A DNA stretch of 64,000 nucleotides from Octopus vulgaris. Taxonomy: Eukaryota. The stretch is from NCBI GenBank assembly GCA_951406725.2, contig OX597820.1, positions 39,556,001 to 39,620,000 of the forward strand, in the 5' to 3' direction. The first letter of the stretch is position 1, and every line of letters starts with the position of its first letter. A program made the position numbers and the translations under genes. The notes beneath the pieces were generated by a model. That model was not told the DNA's origin and did not search any database. It saw only the letters and a program-made list of their open reading frames with translations. Of this stretch, positions 38,857 through 51,572 are shown piece by piece.

Positions 38857-39223
38857 GAGGTGCAATGGCCCAGTGGTTAGGGCAGCGGACTCGCGGTTTC
38901 GATTCCCAGACCGGGCGTTGTGAGTGTTTATTGAGCGAAAACACCTAAAGTTCCACGAGGCTCCGGCAGGGAATAGTGGTGATCCCTGCTGTACTCTTTC
39001 ACCACAACTTTCTCTCACTCTTACTTCCTGTTTCTGTTGTACCTGTATTTCAACGGGCCGGCCTTGTCACTCTCAGTGTCACGCTGAATATCCCCGAGAA
39101 CTACGTTAAGGGTACACGTGTCTGTGGAGTGCTCAGCCACTTACACGTTAATTTCACGAGCAGGCTGTTCCGTTGATTCGGATCAACCGGAACCCTCGTC
39201 GTCGTAACCGACGGAGTGCTTCC
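38857..39223 (+). mobile_element. SINE family B, full length with 13-bp TSD
   Basis: TSD ACATGATAGAGTG at 38844-38856 and 39224-39236; Pol III A/B boxes present. Confidence 0.92.
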
Positions 39224-39519
39224 ACATGATAGAGTGTCGAAGAAAACGCTTTTCGATAATTCTTCCGACGCTTTACTTTTCAAGCTCAAATTCCTTCGAG
39301 GTCAACTTTGACTTTTATCTTCCTTGTATCGATAAAATAAAATGTCTATTATTGAGGTTGATGGTATCGGCTTATACGAATTCTTTAAGCTTTCGGTTCT
39401 CGGGCCTAAATTAGAAACCTTTATTATACAAATTTTTGTAAAGATTAAAAACAGGAAAAATAGATCCCTAAAAGCACAACTGTTGGTGTGTTGTTAAGAG
39501 GGGTCTTGGGGAAGTCTCA

Positions 39520-40240
39520 GTGCGCAGCATTTTAGGCGAATGTCTTCTGCTGTAGCCTCGGCCCGATCAAAGCCTTGTGAGTGGATTTGGTAGACGGAAA
39601 CTGAAAGAAGCTCGTCGGAAATATATACATGCGTGTGTGTGTATGCATATGTGTATGTTTGTTCCCCACCGCCACATTGTTTTTCTTAGGTCCCCGTAAC
39701 TTAGCAGTTTTGCAAAAGAGATCCAATAAAATAAGTATCAGGCTTAAGGTGGCGAGCTGGCAGAATCGTTAAGATGCCGGGCGAAATGCTTAACGGTATT
39801 TCGTCCGTCGTTACGTTCTGAGTTCAGATTCCGCAGAGGTCGGTTTTGCCTTTCATCCTTTCAGGGTCGATTAAATAAGTACCATTCACGCACTGGAGTT
39901 GATATAATCGACTTAATCCGTTTGTCTGTCCTTGTTTGTCCTCTCTGTGTTTAGCTCCTTGTGGGTAGTAAAGAAACAGGTATTTCGTCTGCCGCTACGT
40001 TCTGAGTTCAAATTCCTCCGGAGGTCGACCTTGCCTTTCATCCTTTCGGAGTGGATAAACTAAGTACCAGTTACGTACTGGGGTCGATATAATCGACTGT
40101 CCCCCTCCCCCAAAATTTCGGGCCTTGTGCCTAGAGAAGAAAAGAATAAGTACCAGGCTTTAAAAGACGTGCTGTGCTCGATTTATTTGCAATGCTCCAG
40201 CAAGGCCAAAGTCCAATGAATGAAACAAGAAAAAGATAAA
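39520..40240 (+). mobile_element. SINE family C interrupted by a SINE A dimer (39748-40144)
   Basis: TSD AATAAGTAYCAGGCTT at 39730-39745 and 40145-40160; dimer junction GTAAAGAAACAG|GTATTTCGTCTGCC. Confidence 0.85.
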
Positions 40241-41193
40241 AGACTAAATAGTGCTGCGCTAGTGGATTATGCAAATAATAAAGTTAGACCAAGAACGTGT
40301 AGCTTTATTGCTTCCAGTTGATCGTTCTGAGTTCAAATTACGCCGACGTCGACTTTTCTTTTCATCCTTCGGGAGCAGTAAAATATATATACTAGTTGAG
40401 TACTGGGGTCGATGTAAATCGACTAGCCCCCACCTTAAGCCTGTATAATAAAACATTATTTCCAGTTGATCCATGTAGAAAAATTTCTACAAAATCTTAA
40501 TTTAGTTAAGAACAAACTGCAGTTATACACGTGAATAGTAAAAAATATTTTATTAAGAGATGGGAAAATATACCCAATCTCAGGGTCTATGATAAATGAA
40601 GTAAACAGTTGGCTTTATGACAATAACGAAATTATAAAGAATTCTAAAATGATGCGCTGTCTATTTTAGAAAAAAAAAACAATGATAATCAAACTAATTA
40701 GACGAGAAGAGATGAATAATATATAAAAGAATACTTTTCTTTTAATTATAGAAAATTTTGAATAAAAAGAAAATGAACAAAAGACAAAATGATAGGATTA
40801 ATCTAATTAGCCAGTAAGAGATGCTAAATAAATAAAAAAAGGTTACAGATGGTAATTAACCCTTTTGCATGTTTCAATCATTGGACTGCAGCCATGATGC
40901 AGCATCGACTTGAAGGGTTTAGTCGAAGAAATTTACCTCAGTACTTATTCTATCTATCTCTTTTACTAAACCACTTAGTCATGTGGACGTAAACAAACTA
41001 ACATTAATTGTCAAGCGCTATGAGGGCAACTAGTTGAGCAATGGGGTCAATATTATTGATGAAACCCCTTCGCCCAAACATGCTGGCTTTGTCCAAAATT
41101 TGAAGCCATTATAGGTGAAATAAGATTTCCAGTTTTGATTAAGAAAATTATAAGGAAGGCTTGAAAAGCAAATGTGATTGGAATACAAATGTT

Positions 41194-41807
41194 CTTTTCT
41201 ACTCGAGGCACAAGGCCTAAAATTTTGGGGGAGAGGGCCAGTCGATTAGATCGACCCCAGTAAGCAACTGGTACTTAATTTATCAACCCCGAACGGATGA
41301 AAGGCAAAGTCGACCTCGACGGAATTTGAACTCAGAACGTAGCGGCAGACGAAATACCGCTAAACATTTCGCCCGGCGTGCTAACGTTTCTTATTTCTTT
41401 ATTGCCCACAAGGGGCTAAACATAGAGAGGACAAACAAGGACAGACAAAGGGATTAGGTCGATTACATCGACCCCAGTGCGTAACTGGTACTTATTTAAT
41501 CGACCCCGAAAGGATGAAAGGCGAAGTCAACCTCGGCGGAATTTGAACTCAGAACGTAACGGCAGACGAAATACCTATTTCTTTACTACCCACAAGGGGT
41601 TAAACACAGAGAGGACAAAAAAGGACAGACAAACAGATTAAGTCGATTATATCGACCCCAGTGCGTAACTGGTACTTATTTAATCGACCCCGAAAGGATG
41701 AAAGGCAAAGTCGACCTCGGCGGAATTTGAACTCAGAACGTAACGGCAGACGAAATACCGCTAAGCATTTCGCCCGGCGCGTTAACGTTTCTGCCAGCTC
41801 GCCGCCT
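41194..41807 (-). mobile_element. SINE family A trimer inside one 16-bp TSD
   Basis: TTGGAATACAAATGTT at 41178-41193 and 41808-41823; three GGATGAAAGGC.AAGTC.ACCTCG.CGGAATTTGAACTCAGAACGTA units and only one complete head. Confidence 0.92.
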
Positions 41808-42559
41808 TTGGAATACAAATGTTATAACATTCGCAGAGAATGTGAAACGCACAAACTTTAGTGTCATTCTGTTTCTTAATATCACTAGAATATTTTTACC
41901 AGCAACTGAATATAGTACAGTGAATTGGTTCTATGTGTACAGATAATCTGGGGCAGCTTATCAGCGATGAATAACACGAATGGTTCGTAGTAAGGATACT
42001 AAATATTAAGTTATAGAATGTCAATTCCGTGCTGTATAGATATCTCATGAAAGTTAAGAGACTTTAATAAAATAATGCATAAGGGTATTTATAATAACAG
42101 TGATCACAATGCATATTAGAAGATGGAGGATTTTGAGTATCAGGAAGTGTGTAGATACATACGCATGTAATTAATATATATATATATATATACACTCATA
42201 CACACACACACACACACGCACATATACATACACACCCTAATACACACATCTATATATAAATCCCAGGTATATTATTTTTGGTGTTTGTTCAATGTTCAAT
42301 TCATTTTCCCCTCATTTGTAATATTTAATTTTGATAATTGCTATTTCTTGTCGATTACTATTGATTTTGTTTCCTTTATATTCATTTCCGTTCCATAGAA
42401 CATTCCTTTGTCACTTACTGCAAATTACAAGATTTCTGGAGGTCATCTGTGTTGAATGTTAATAGGGCAGTATCATCTACATTTCTAACGCTGCTGTTGT
42501 TGCTGACGACAACTTATTGACGCTCTTGGCATGTCTTGGAATTCTCTGAAGACCTGTCT

Positions 42560-45065
42560 CAGTGTTTCGGTTTAATAGGCCAAAGGACAGTGCACAGTTT
42601 GTCTGAAAATAAACAAAAGCGCTCAAAGAAAGCGAGCTAGATAGTGGCTTGACAATTATTTTAAAGAAAATAGAAAAAGCCCAAGAGAAAAGAATAGATA
42701 CAAAAAATAAAAGTTGAGTTTTAAAGCCGGCAAATAGTCAGATACAGAAACAATATATCCGCAATGGAAATACGTGGTTTACCTGTAAAACTATTTGTGA
42801 GAGAAACAACTCAATAATGCAAATAACCCTATTCCAACGACCATCCAGAAAGTTATATACCTGGTGACATATTCAGAAACGAAACTGATTTAAAAACTGT
42901 TTAAACTCAAAGAAAATGTACACGGGAGCTGACAATAACTCGGATTATAACCCAGTTATTGTTAAACTAAAAATCAAACTCAGTACGCCAAAAGAATGAC
43001 ACAACAAAATGAGAAACTAAGCTTTAACCTACTCTAAAAGGAAGACTACACAGAGAAATATTTTACCGAAGTTAGAAATATCTATGATAAACTATGCCAA
43101 GAGGAATTTATACAGAATACTGGCAATGGAGATAACATTGAGGAACCATCATAGAAACGGTGGAACATTTTTTTTGAAAATCCATCTTTTCTGCAGCAGC
43201 AAAAATACTGACCAAACTAGTAAAAGAAAAGGAACAAATGAACAACAAATGAGATCTTAGCAAAGATGGAAGAACACAGGAAGTGAGAGAAGAAAATCCT
43301 GAAAGATACGACAAACTAAAGAAAAAGATCTACTTGGAATGCCAAGAAAAACCAAGGCTAGCTGGTTAGATGGGCAATATAAGGAAATAAAAGAACAGCA
43401 CAGAACAAAGTAAAAGAAATAACAAAATAAAAAATATGAAAAGAGAAAGTGGATATATCAAAGCTAAAACTGGAAATAGCCGATTTGATGAGAAGCAAAT
43501 AGCAGCAAGATGGGTAGAATATATCTCAGAACGTTGCAATAATGAGAGGCCATCAATGCCTGAATATGAAGCTACAACCTGATATAACATTTTAAGGGAA
43601 GAAGTAGAAAAGACAATGAAACCAATGAAGAATGGAGATGTAATAGGACCAGATGAAATATCGGTAGAGTCTAAAAAAATTCCATATGATCAGAATATTG
43701 ACACATTAATAAAGCTGTACATTTTCATCATATATAATACTGGACTTATAGTTACTGAAGAGAAAAAACGTTAACATTTGCTCCACTCCGCCACCCACTC
43801 ACCTACCCAAAGACCTTAGGTTGCACAGAATATAGACCAATAAGTCTAATGAGCCATGTAACAAAACTCCTCCTTAAGATTCTATAACAACGAATTAGCA
43901 GAAGAATAGATAGCGAAATAAATAGATTACTAAGTGGGTTTAAACCTAATATGGGAACTAGAGAGAATATCCAACAATATCTGAGAAAGAGACCTAGATG
44001 TAAATGAAGATATCTGGATATGCTTTATAGACTACACCAAAGCATTTGGTAGGATGAAACACTAAAAAGTGATATAATGTTTTTTTGAAATTGGAATCAA
44101 TAACAAAAACTTACACATTACACCCAAAATGTAATGGGCGCAAACAACAGAATTAAGAACAAAGTTCAAAATAAAGAAAGGAATGAGACAAGGGTGTGTT
44201 TATCCTCCTGATTCTTTAAGCTATACACTAAAAGATATATTCTGTCGTAAGTTTCAATCGAAAAACGCATTTTATGTATAACTATAAACCGTAAACGGAA
44301 TGGTATTACTGACCTGGGCAATTTATATGGTGTGATTTTACATTACGGAGTGGAACGTATCATTTCCTGTCATTCAGAGCGCCTCATGGTCCCATCAGAC
44401 AAAATGGAAAAGGTTTTTCCTTCGAAGATGGCGTGGGGGGGGGGTCGTTGGAACAACTACTCTGACTCACAGAGCTCGCACTAGAGGATAGCCATCTCCG
44501 TCCCCCCACAATGGAGAAGGGTTCGGGGGCCTAGAATGTCGGAGGTCTCTACTGCTACAAGCTCGACTACAAACCTGTCAGGGAGCGACTAATAATTTGG
44601 CAGTTTGCTTTCTTAGCCTGACGAGCAGCGGAGCTTGGGCTGGTAGCTGAGCATACCAAATTGCTACTAAAGGATATTTTCCGAAGAGTTGAAAAATGCC
44701 GGAATTATAATTAGCAGATTTAATCTCAATAACAACCGTTATGCAGATGATACTGTATTATTAACACTTAGTACAAATGAGTTACAGCAATTGACCAATA
44801 CAGTCAAGGAAAAAGGAGAACCATATGGAATGGAAATAGATGCTAAAAAAAAGCGATAACTATGGAACTTAATTAGAAACAAACACCCACGGACATCAGT
44901 ATAACCATAAATGGAATACCAATAGAAGAAATTTCAAACATGGTCTATTTTGGCTTTATACAATCTGAAAATGGTAAATGTGGAACTGAAACTAGACGAA
45001 GAATAGAAATTACATGGTAAATATTTGAAAACATGTATCAAAAGCTTTGATTTCAAGGAAAATAC
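42560..45065 (+). mobile_element. Decayed RTE-clade LINE (endonuclease end plus reverse transcriptase)
   Basis: Motifs RKLYTW, GADNNSDYNPVI, CTEYRPISLMSHVTKLLL (about 43822), CFIDYTKAF (about 44021), GMRQGCV (about 44180) and RYADDTVLL (about 44737); many stops and frameshifts. Confidence 0.9.
44243..44665. mobile_element. Unclassified 423-bp GC-richer insertion in the RTE RT
   Basis: Flanked by ACTAAAAGATATATTC (44227-44242) and ACTAAAGGATATTTTC (44666-44681); separates the QGC and YADD motifs. Confidence 0.7.
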
Positions 45066-46129
45066 TAGGTTAAAGAAAAAGTGTGTGTGTCTCTTTCTGT
45101 CTCTCCTTCTCTATCCCTCTCTCATCTTTTTCTGTCCTGGATGAATCCGAGTACAGCTCGACTAGTTTTGATTGGTTATTGTCGTTTTATAAAGAGAGTC
45201 TATTTATGGTCGTTTAACAGAGGGAAAAACCCGTCGAGCTACTTGAGCGGCAGACACTGATTTTAAACCTTTACTTGAGAATATATTAGTTGAATGAGAG
45301 TATATTAGTAGAAATAAAATGACTGAAGTACCGAGGCAGTAATGCTTGCTTTTTATGTTTTGCAAGATCCTTGATATGAAACCATGTTAAAAATTAAAGT
45401 TATTGTATTTTGGAAAGATCATACAGCCAATAAAATTCATGCACCATTTATGCTTCACTTCAATTTTATAGCCAATTAGATAATTAATCAATTGGTTAAT
45501 AGCTTAGTCTGGCAAAGTACTTTCGTCACAGTCTGTAACTTTATCAATGATTATGTGCCCCTCAAGCATATCTTTTTCATCGGCACTTTTTTCGTGCTTA
45601 ATGTTCGTCTCACTGGTCATGTGGTAAGAGTCTATTCTGTTTTTGCACATATATATTATAACAGACGTTTGCGTGCGTGCGTGTGCGCGCACACGTGAGT
45701 TTAATTTAAACGCTTTTAAATTATGAGTATGTTCAAGTGCGTGAAGTCACTACTTGTTAATCACGGTATATTGTAAGTAGTTTTAACTTACTGCCTCTCT
45801 CTGTTGGTCCAACATCAATGCACACTCTTGATAAAACAGCAATAACTAGTAGGAAAAGGTAGAGTTGATCTTGGTTACTTCTATTAGAGAGAGAGAGAGA
45901 GAGAGAGGAATCTCGTGGTTTCACTAGCATTAGATCTATTTACAGAGTGAAGGTGACTGATTATCAAACGTACGAGGGTGAATTAATTCATAATTTCCTT
46001 AACACATACACACACGTTATCTCAGGGATTTTGATATTTTATCATGTTATCGTTCATTGACAATGTAAACTTGATGCCAAGTTATTACTAAGATGGTCTT
46101 AGAGAAGGAGGATGTTTTCGTCTGTTCGT

Positions 46130-46408
46130 TTCTTCTTCTTCTTCTTCTTCTTCTTCTTCTTCTTCTTCTTCTTCTTCTTCTTCTTCTTCTTCTTCTTCTT
46201 CTTCTTCTTCTTCTATTATCGTCATCGTCGCCATCCTACTCCTCTCCTCCTCCTCCTCCTCCTCCTCCTCCTCATCATCATCATCATCGACATCGTCATC
46301 GTCCTTGTCATCGTTCTTGTCATCGTGATGATAATGGTCATCATCGTCTTCGTCGTCTTCATCATCATCATCATCGTTGTCTTAGTCGTCGTCACCTTCA
46401 GCATCATC

Positions 46409-46466
<58 letters not shown>

Positions 46467-46810
46467 CCATCATCATCATCATCGACATCGTCATCGTCCT
46501 TGTCATCGTTCTTGTCATCGTCATCGTGATGATAATGGTCATCATCATCGTCGTCGTCATTATCATCATCATCCTCCTCCTCCTCCTCCTCCTCCTCCTC
46601 ATCATCATCATCATCATCATCATCCTCATCATCATCAACATCGTCATCGTCCTTGTCATCGTTCTTGTTATCGTCATCGTTCTTGCCATCGTGATGATAA
46701 TGATGATGATCATCATCATCGTTGTCGTCGTCGTCGTCATCATCAGCATCATCTTCATCATCAATATCATCATCATCATCCTCATCATCATCATCATCAT
46801 CATCAACATC
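46130..46810. repeat. (CTT)n then compound (CAT/CGT/CCT)n with three repeated blocks
   Basis: CATCGTCATCGTCCTTGTCATCGTTCTTGT recurs at about 46291, 46486 and 46639. Confidence 0.92.
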
Positions 46811-47349
46811 ACTGTCCATCAAAAATTGTTTCTCCCTTCTTCATTCCTGCCTTTTATATTATCTTGTACACATTCCCTATTTCCTTCACCTCTTCCTCCT
46901 AGTTTTGCTGTCTTATCCACTATTCCACCCTCTCTCTCTCTCTCCCTCTCACTCTCCTTCTAAAAAGAAAATAAAGCAAAACGAAACTCCAAAACATTTC
47001 ACGACACATCAAAAAAGAAATAAAAGAAAAACAAAACCCAGCTGCAACAAAGAAAATTAACAAAAAGAAAAAAAAACATTAATAAAACACAGAGAAAGAA
47101 GAAAAATTCAATGAAAAGATCATAGAGCAAGATATAAAAAAAAAACCAAACAAAAAATTTAAATAAATGTAAACAAATGACAACAACGTCAACAAGAAGA
47201 GGAACAAATACAACAACAACAACAATAATAATAGTAACAACAACAAAAGCAATGATCTGTCAAATGACAAAAATCAATAAATATTGGGGGGGGGGGGAAG
47301 GCTGGAGTGACAAGAGTGACAGTGTAATTGAAGATTGTTCCATCGTTTT

Positions 47350-48590
47350 ACAATAATGTTGTGTAGTGTTTAGATTGTTGTGATGTGATTAAATGTGTAG
47401 TATTTAGATGTGTAGTGTTTCATTGTTGAGTGGTGTTTTAGGTGTTGTGATGTACTTCGATGTTGATTAGCTTTTAGAGGCTGACTAGTGTTTAGATCTA
47501 GTGTTTAGGCATTGTGATGGGTATAGGTGTTGATTAGTGTTTAGATGGGGGATTAATGTTTAGGTGCTTTTGTAGTGTTTCAATATGCATTAGTGTTTAG
47601 ATACAGTGTTCGTCTAGTGTTTAGATGTTACTGTAGACTTTGATTGGTGTTTAGAACCAGTGTAGGTTTCGATGTTGTGTGGTGATTAAATGTGTAGCAT
47701 TTAGGCATTGTGTAGTGTTACATTGTAGAGTAGCATTTAGGTGTAGTGATGTGTTTAGATGCTGTGTAGTGTTTAGATGTTACTGTAGACTTTGATTGGT
47801 GTTTAGAACCAGTGTAGGTTTTGATGTTGTGTGGTGATTAAATGTGTAGTATTTAGGCATTGTGTAGTGTTACATTGTAGAGTAGCATTTAGGTGTGGTG
47901 ATGTGTTTAGATGCTGTGTAGTGTTTAGATGTTACTGTAGACTTTGATTGGTGTTTAGAACCAGTGCACGTTTCGATGTTGTGTGGTGATTAAATGTGTA
48001 GTATTTAGGCATTGTGTAGTGTTACATTGAAGCGTAGCATTTAGGTGTGGTGATGTGTTTAGATGCTGTGTAGTGTTTAGATGTTACTGTAGACTTTGAT
48101 TGGTGTTTAGAACCAGTGTAGGTTTCGATGTTGTGTGGTGATTAAATGTGTAGTATTTAGGCATTGTGTAGTGTTACATTGTAGAGTAGCATTTAGGTGT
48201 GGTGATGCGTTTAGATACTGTGTAGTGCTTAAACGTTGATTAGTGTTTAGATGTCGTGTGTATTTAAATGTTTTGTAGCATTCAAGTGTTATGTACTCTT
48301 AAAGTTTAGATTGTGTTGTATTTAGGTGTTTGTTTATTGTTTAGAAGTTTGTTTAGTATTTAGATGTTTGTTTAGTGTTTAGGTGTTGTGTAGTGTTTAA
48401 ACTTTGTTTGGTGCTTAATGCTACTTCATGTCTGAGATGCTGAGAAATGCTTAGGTTTGTGTGATACTTAGATGTTATGTAATTCTGTGAAGCATGATGA
48501 GTAGATGTTGCGCAGTATTTAGATGTGTTCAGTTGGCGTGTTATAATTAGGTGTTGTGTAGGGCTTAGATGTGAAGTGTTTATGAGATGT
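47350..48590. repeat. GT-rich minisatellite (about 18-bp monomer) with a central 152-bp higher-order repeat x4 (47615-48222)
   Basis: GATGTTACTGTAGAC at 47624, 47776, 47928 and 48080; the monomer resembles TAGTGTTTAGATGTTGTG. Confidence 0.92.
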
Positions 48591-48639
48591 GCAATATGAC
48601 ACACACATATAGCATTTTGCGTTGTATTGTTCCATCATA

Positions 48640-49342
48640 GGATGCTGCTTCTCAAGCATAATGGTTTCAAATTTTAGCAAAGACCAGAAATTTATCCAGT
48701 CAATTTTGAGCGCAACACCAAGTCCAGTTATCGGAAATATTTCATCCTCAGTTGCTCTTTCATTTTCTTTTCCATTATCTCGTTGACCACTAGTACACCG
48801 AGGTATTTGTATCCTTCCGTTTCAATTTGCTTAATCAAGTCTCTATTCGGTAATTCTATCCTTACTAGGAACTGTACCTTTCCTCTTTTTTATGTAGATT
48901 ATTCTGTACTTTTTGAGTCCTAATTCCATTCTAATATCAGTACTAAAACAGTGGACCGTGTTCACCAAGGAACTCACTTGTGTCTCATCTTTGGCATACA
49001 ATTTCAAATCATCTACGAAAAGACGGTGGCTGATCGTTTTGGATTTCTCCTTTAGTTGGTATCCAAGGTTCATTTTCCTAAGTACCAGGTCAGGGGTATC
49101 ATGCAGAGAATAAAAAGCAACAGAGATAGGTTTTCATCCTAGAAAATCCCTCTTCTGATAACCAGGGTGCCCATGCTTTTTCAGTAAGATGTCAGTTCAG
49201 TTTTTCCATCCCACCATAATTCTCTTCAAGAAACATGTTACATTACTCGCAATTCCAAACAGATCTAAGCACTCGATGATCCACGAATGAGAAATCATTT
49301 CATGGGCTTTGCGATAGTCAATCCAGGCCATTCCTAGATTTG
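48640..49342 (-). pseudogene. R4/Dong-type non-LTR reverse transcriptase remnant
   Basis: NLGMAWIDYRKAHEMISHSWI, IRRGIF, ISHRLFVDDLKLYAK...TVHCFSTDIRMELGLKK and YKYLGV. Confidence 0.85.
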
Positions 49343-49450
49343 TTATTAGTACCTCTGCCTTAGCGAAGGCGGAGGTATTGTTTTCAGTCTTGTTTGTGTG
49401 TTTGTCCGTGGACAAGATATCTCAAGAACCGCTGGATAGATTACGATCTT
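49343..49450 (+). mobile_element. Helentron/DINE-1-like (HINE) 5' end
   Basis: TTATTAG followed by the hairpin TACCTCTGCCTT-AGCG-AAGGCGGAGGTA (49350-49377), short TGTT/GTCC repeats and GATATCTCAAGAACCGCTGGATAGATT, the usual layout of such elements; it truncates the RT remnant. Confidence 0.6.
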
Positions 49451-49779
49451 ACGTTCACTTTCAAGTCTTTCTCTGATTATCTCCCTTGAAAGCATGCTCA
49501 TGGTTTTCACGTAAGTTATAGCGGCGTTGCTGTTTCCAAAGTTTTATATATGTTTCTCTATTATTAATTTTACTCGCGTCTCTAACGTAGTAGAAACTGA
49601 TAGTTAAATAATAAAAAAAAAACTGCAGCAAAACCGATCAGAAATTAAATAATATTAACGTATTCAGTAACAATAATAGATTTAATTTATCCTCGACAAC
49701 TTTTAGTTTTACCAATTTTGAATATATCGCTCCTGTTTAAAACCTCTTATCTACTTGACAATTGCATTTGAAGCTCTGC

Positions 49780-49965
49780 CTTGAAGGAAGCTTTACTTCT
49801 TGGACACACGTTTTTGTGCGCAACGGTATTGTTAAATCTCCGTTAACAGGACTGTATGCAGGTCCCTTCAGTTTTCTTTCGCGCACGGATAAATTTTTCG
49901 CTATAGACCTTAATGATCGTAAAGGCACTATATCAATGGATAAACTAAATAAGGCCTGCCAAGAG
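49780..49965 (+). pseudogene. Gypsy integrase C-terminal (GPY/F) fragment
   Basis: THVFVRNGIVKSPLTGLYAGPFSFLSRTDKFFAIDLNDRKGTISMDKLNKA resembles THVFVR.D....PL...Y.GPY.V...VSIDRLKPA. Confidence 0.75.
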
Positions 49966-50256
49966 AAAACTGTCCCTGTTCCCACTGCAGACGACACACA
50001 CACAGCATTACAAACGGCTCGCACACCTACCTTCACATTCCATGACTACCATTGGAATCGACCAGGTACCAGACAAGGATTCTGGATTATTTTACCGCTT
50101 TTATTTTTTACTTAATTTTTGAAAGCGGTCGGATTCATTTTTAGTATTCTCGTTTATGAGAGCAGTCGAATTTATTTAAGATATTCTCATTTTAAAAATC
50201 ATCTCCGGCTAATCTTTGAAAGGGCGTTGGTGTTGCCTTGGCGGATGTTTGCGCTC

Positions 50257-50453
50257 TCTTCTTCTTCTTCTTCTTCTTCTTCTTCTTCTTCTTCTTCTTC
50301 TTCTTCTTCTTCTTCTTCTTCTTCTTCTTCTTCTTCTTCTTCTTCTTCTTCTTCTTCTTCTTCTTCTTCTTCTTCTTCTTCTTCTTCTTCTTCTTCTTCT
50401 TCTTCTTCTTCTTCTTCTTCTTCTTCTTCTTCTTCTTCTTCTTCGTCTTCTTC
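50257..50453. repeat. Long (TTC)n/(GAA)n tract
   Basis: About 65 nearly pure units. Confidence 0.97.
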
Positions 50454-50454
50454 T

Positions 50455-51152
50455 GTTACTTCTCTGATCTCTCGGTCTTACTTGGTACATAGATGTTAAC
50501 TTTCCAAAGAAGATACTCAACACCCAAGCACCAATCTCAAAATCCTAGTTGTACCCAATAGGGAAATCTATTGGGCCTGCTCTGCCCATGTGTCAATTCC
50601 AAGTTCTTCGACATATTTCTCAAATTAGGACTCCCCTCATTGCCCACATTCTTGCGCTTTCGTCTTTTACTAGTTCCGTATTTGTTGGAAAAGATGGAAA
50701 AATTCAGATTATTATTACTATTCAGCAGCCTTATTCTTATCACATGCTTTCACTGCATTACCGAGTGCAGTTCTGTGTGCTTTCGGTATGTCCTGTGGTT
50801 TGTTTTGGTGCTGTTATTTTCATTGTATTGAAAATGTTTTATGTAGGATGTGTGCGGTGCCTAGTAGTGGTATTTTCTGCATGTTATATACATACGTAAG
50901 TCCTGGTGTTTTGATTATGTAGTTGTCTGAATGATGGTTAAAGAAATCAAACTACATTAAAAAACGGCATGTTTTTAATCATACCTAATGCATCTATTAT
51001 TATAGAGATTGTTTCTGTTTAAGCTCCACATTCGGGTTATCTCTATTTTCACATCTTTTGAGAGTTTCTCCATTTCTTTTAGAGATACATTACCATATGT
51101 TGGGGCTGATAAATCGATTAGAAGGCATTTTTTCTTGATGACTTCTGACAGC
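50455..51152 (-). mobile_element. 3' end of an R4/Dong-type LINE (RLE domain, stop codon, 3' UTR)
   Basis: KKCLLIDLSAPTYGNVSLKEMEKLSK..EITRMWSL, then MQKIPLLGTAHILHKTFSIQ* ending at 50820. Confidence 0.82.
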
Positions 51153-51185
<33 letters not shown>

Positions 51186-51252
51186 GTTGTTGTTGTTGTT
51201 GTGGTTGTTGTTGTTGTTTTTGTTGTTGTTGTTGTTGTTGTTGTCGTCATCA

Positions 51253-51319
<67 letters not shown>

Positions 51320-51333
51320 CATTATTATTATTG

Positions 51334-51555
51334 AGGTGGCGAGCTGGCAGAATCATTAGCACGCCGAGCGAAATACTTAGCGGTATTTCGTCTGTCTTTA
51401 CGTTCTGAGTTCAAATTCCGCCGAGGTCGTCTTTTCCTTTCATCCTTTCGGGGTCGATAAGTTAAGTACCAATAAAACAATGGTGTCGATGTAATCGGCT
51501 AGTCCCACCCTCCCGCCACCAAATTTCTGTTCTCGTGCCTATAGTAGGAAGGATT
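51334..51555 (+). mobile_element. SINE family A within (TTA)n
   Basis: GGTGGCGAGCTGGCAGAATCATTAGCACGCCG...GAGTTCAAATTCCGCCGAGGTCG. Confidence 0.88.
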
Positions 51556-51572
51556 ATTATTATTATTATTAT

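Noticed and set aside
38857-38930. tRNA genes at SINE heads (also 3450-3523, 4490-4568, 55177-55250)
   Set aside because: A/B boxes are present but there is no complete cloverleaf; each continues into SINE body sequence, and this copy sits within a TSD.
46093-46902. 269-aa His/Pro/Arg-rich ORF as a metal-binding or structural protein
   Set aside because: Entirely trinucleotide repeat and open in several frames on both strands; the same holds for 58635..59333.
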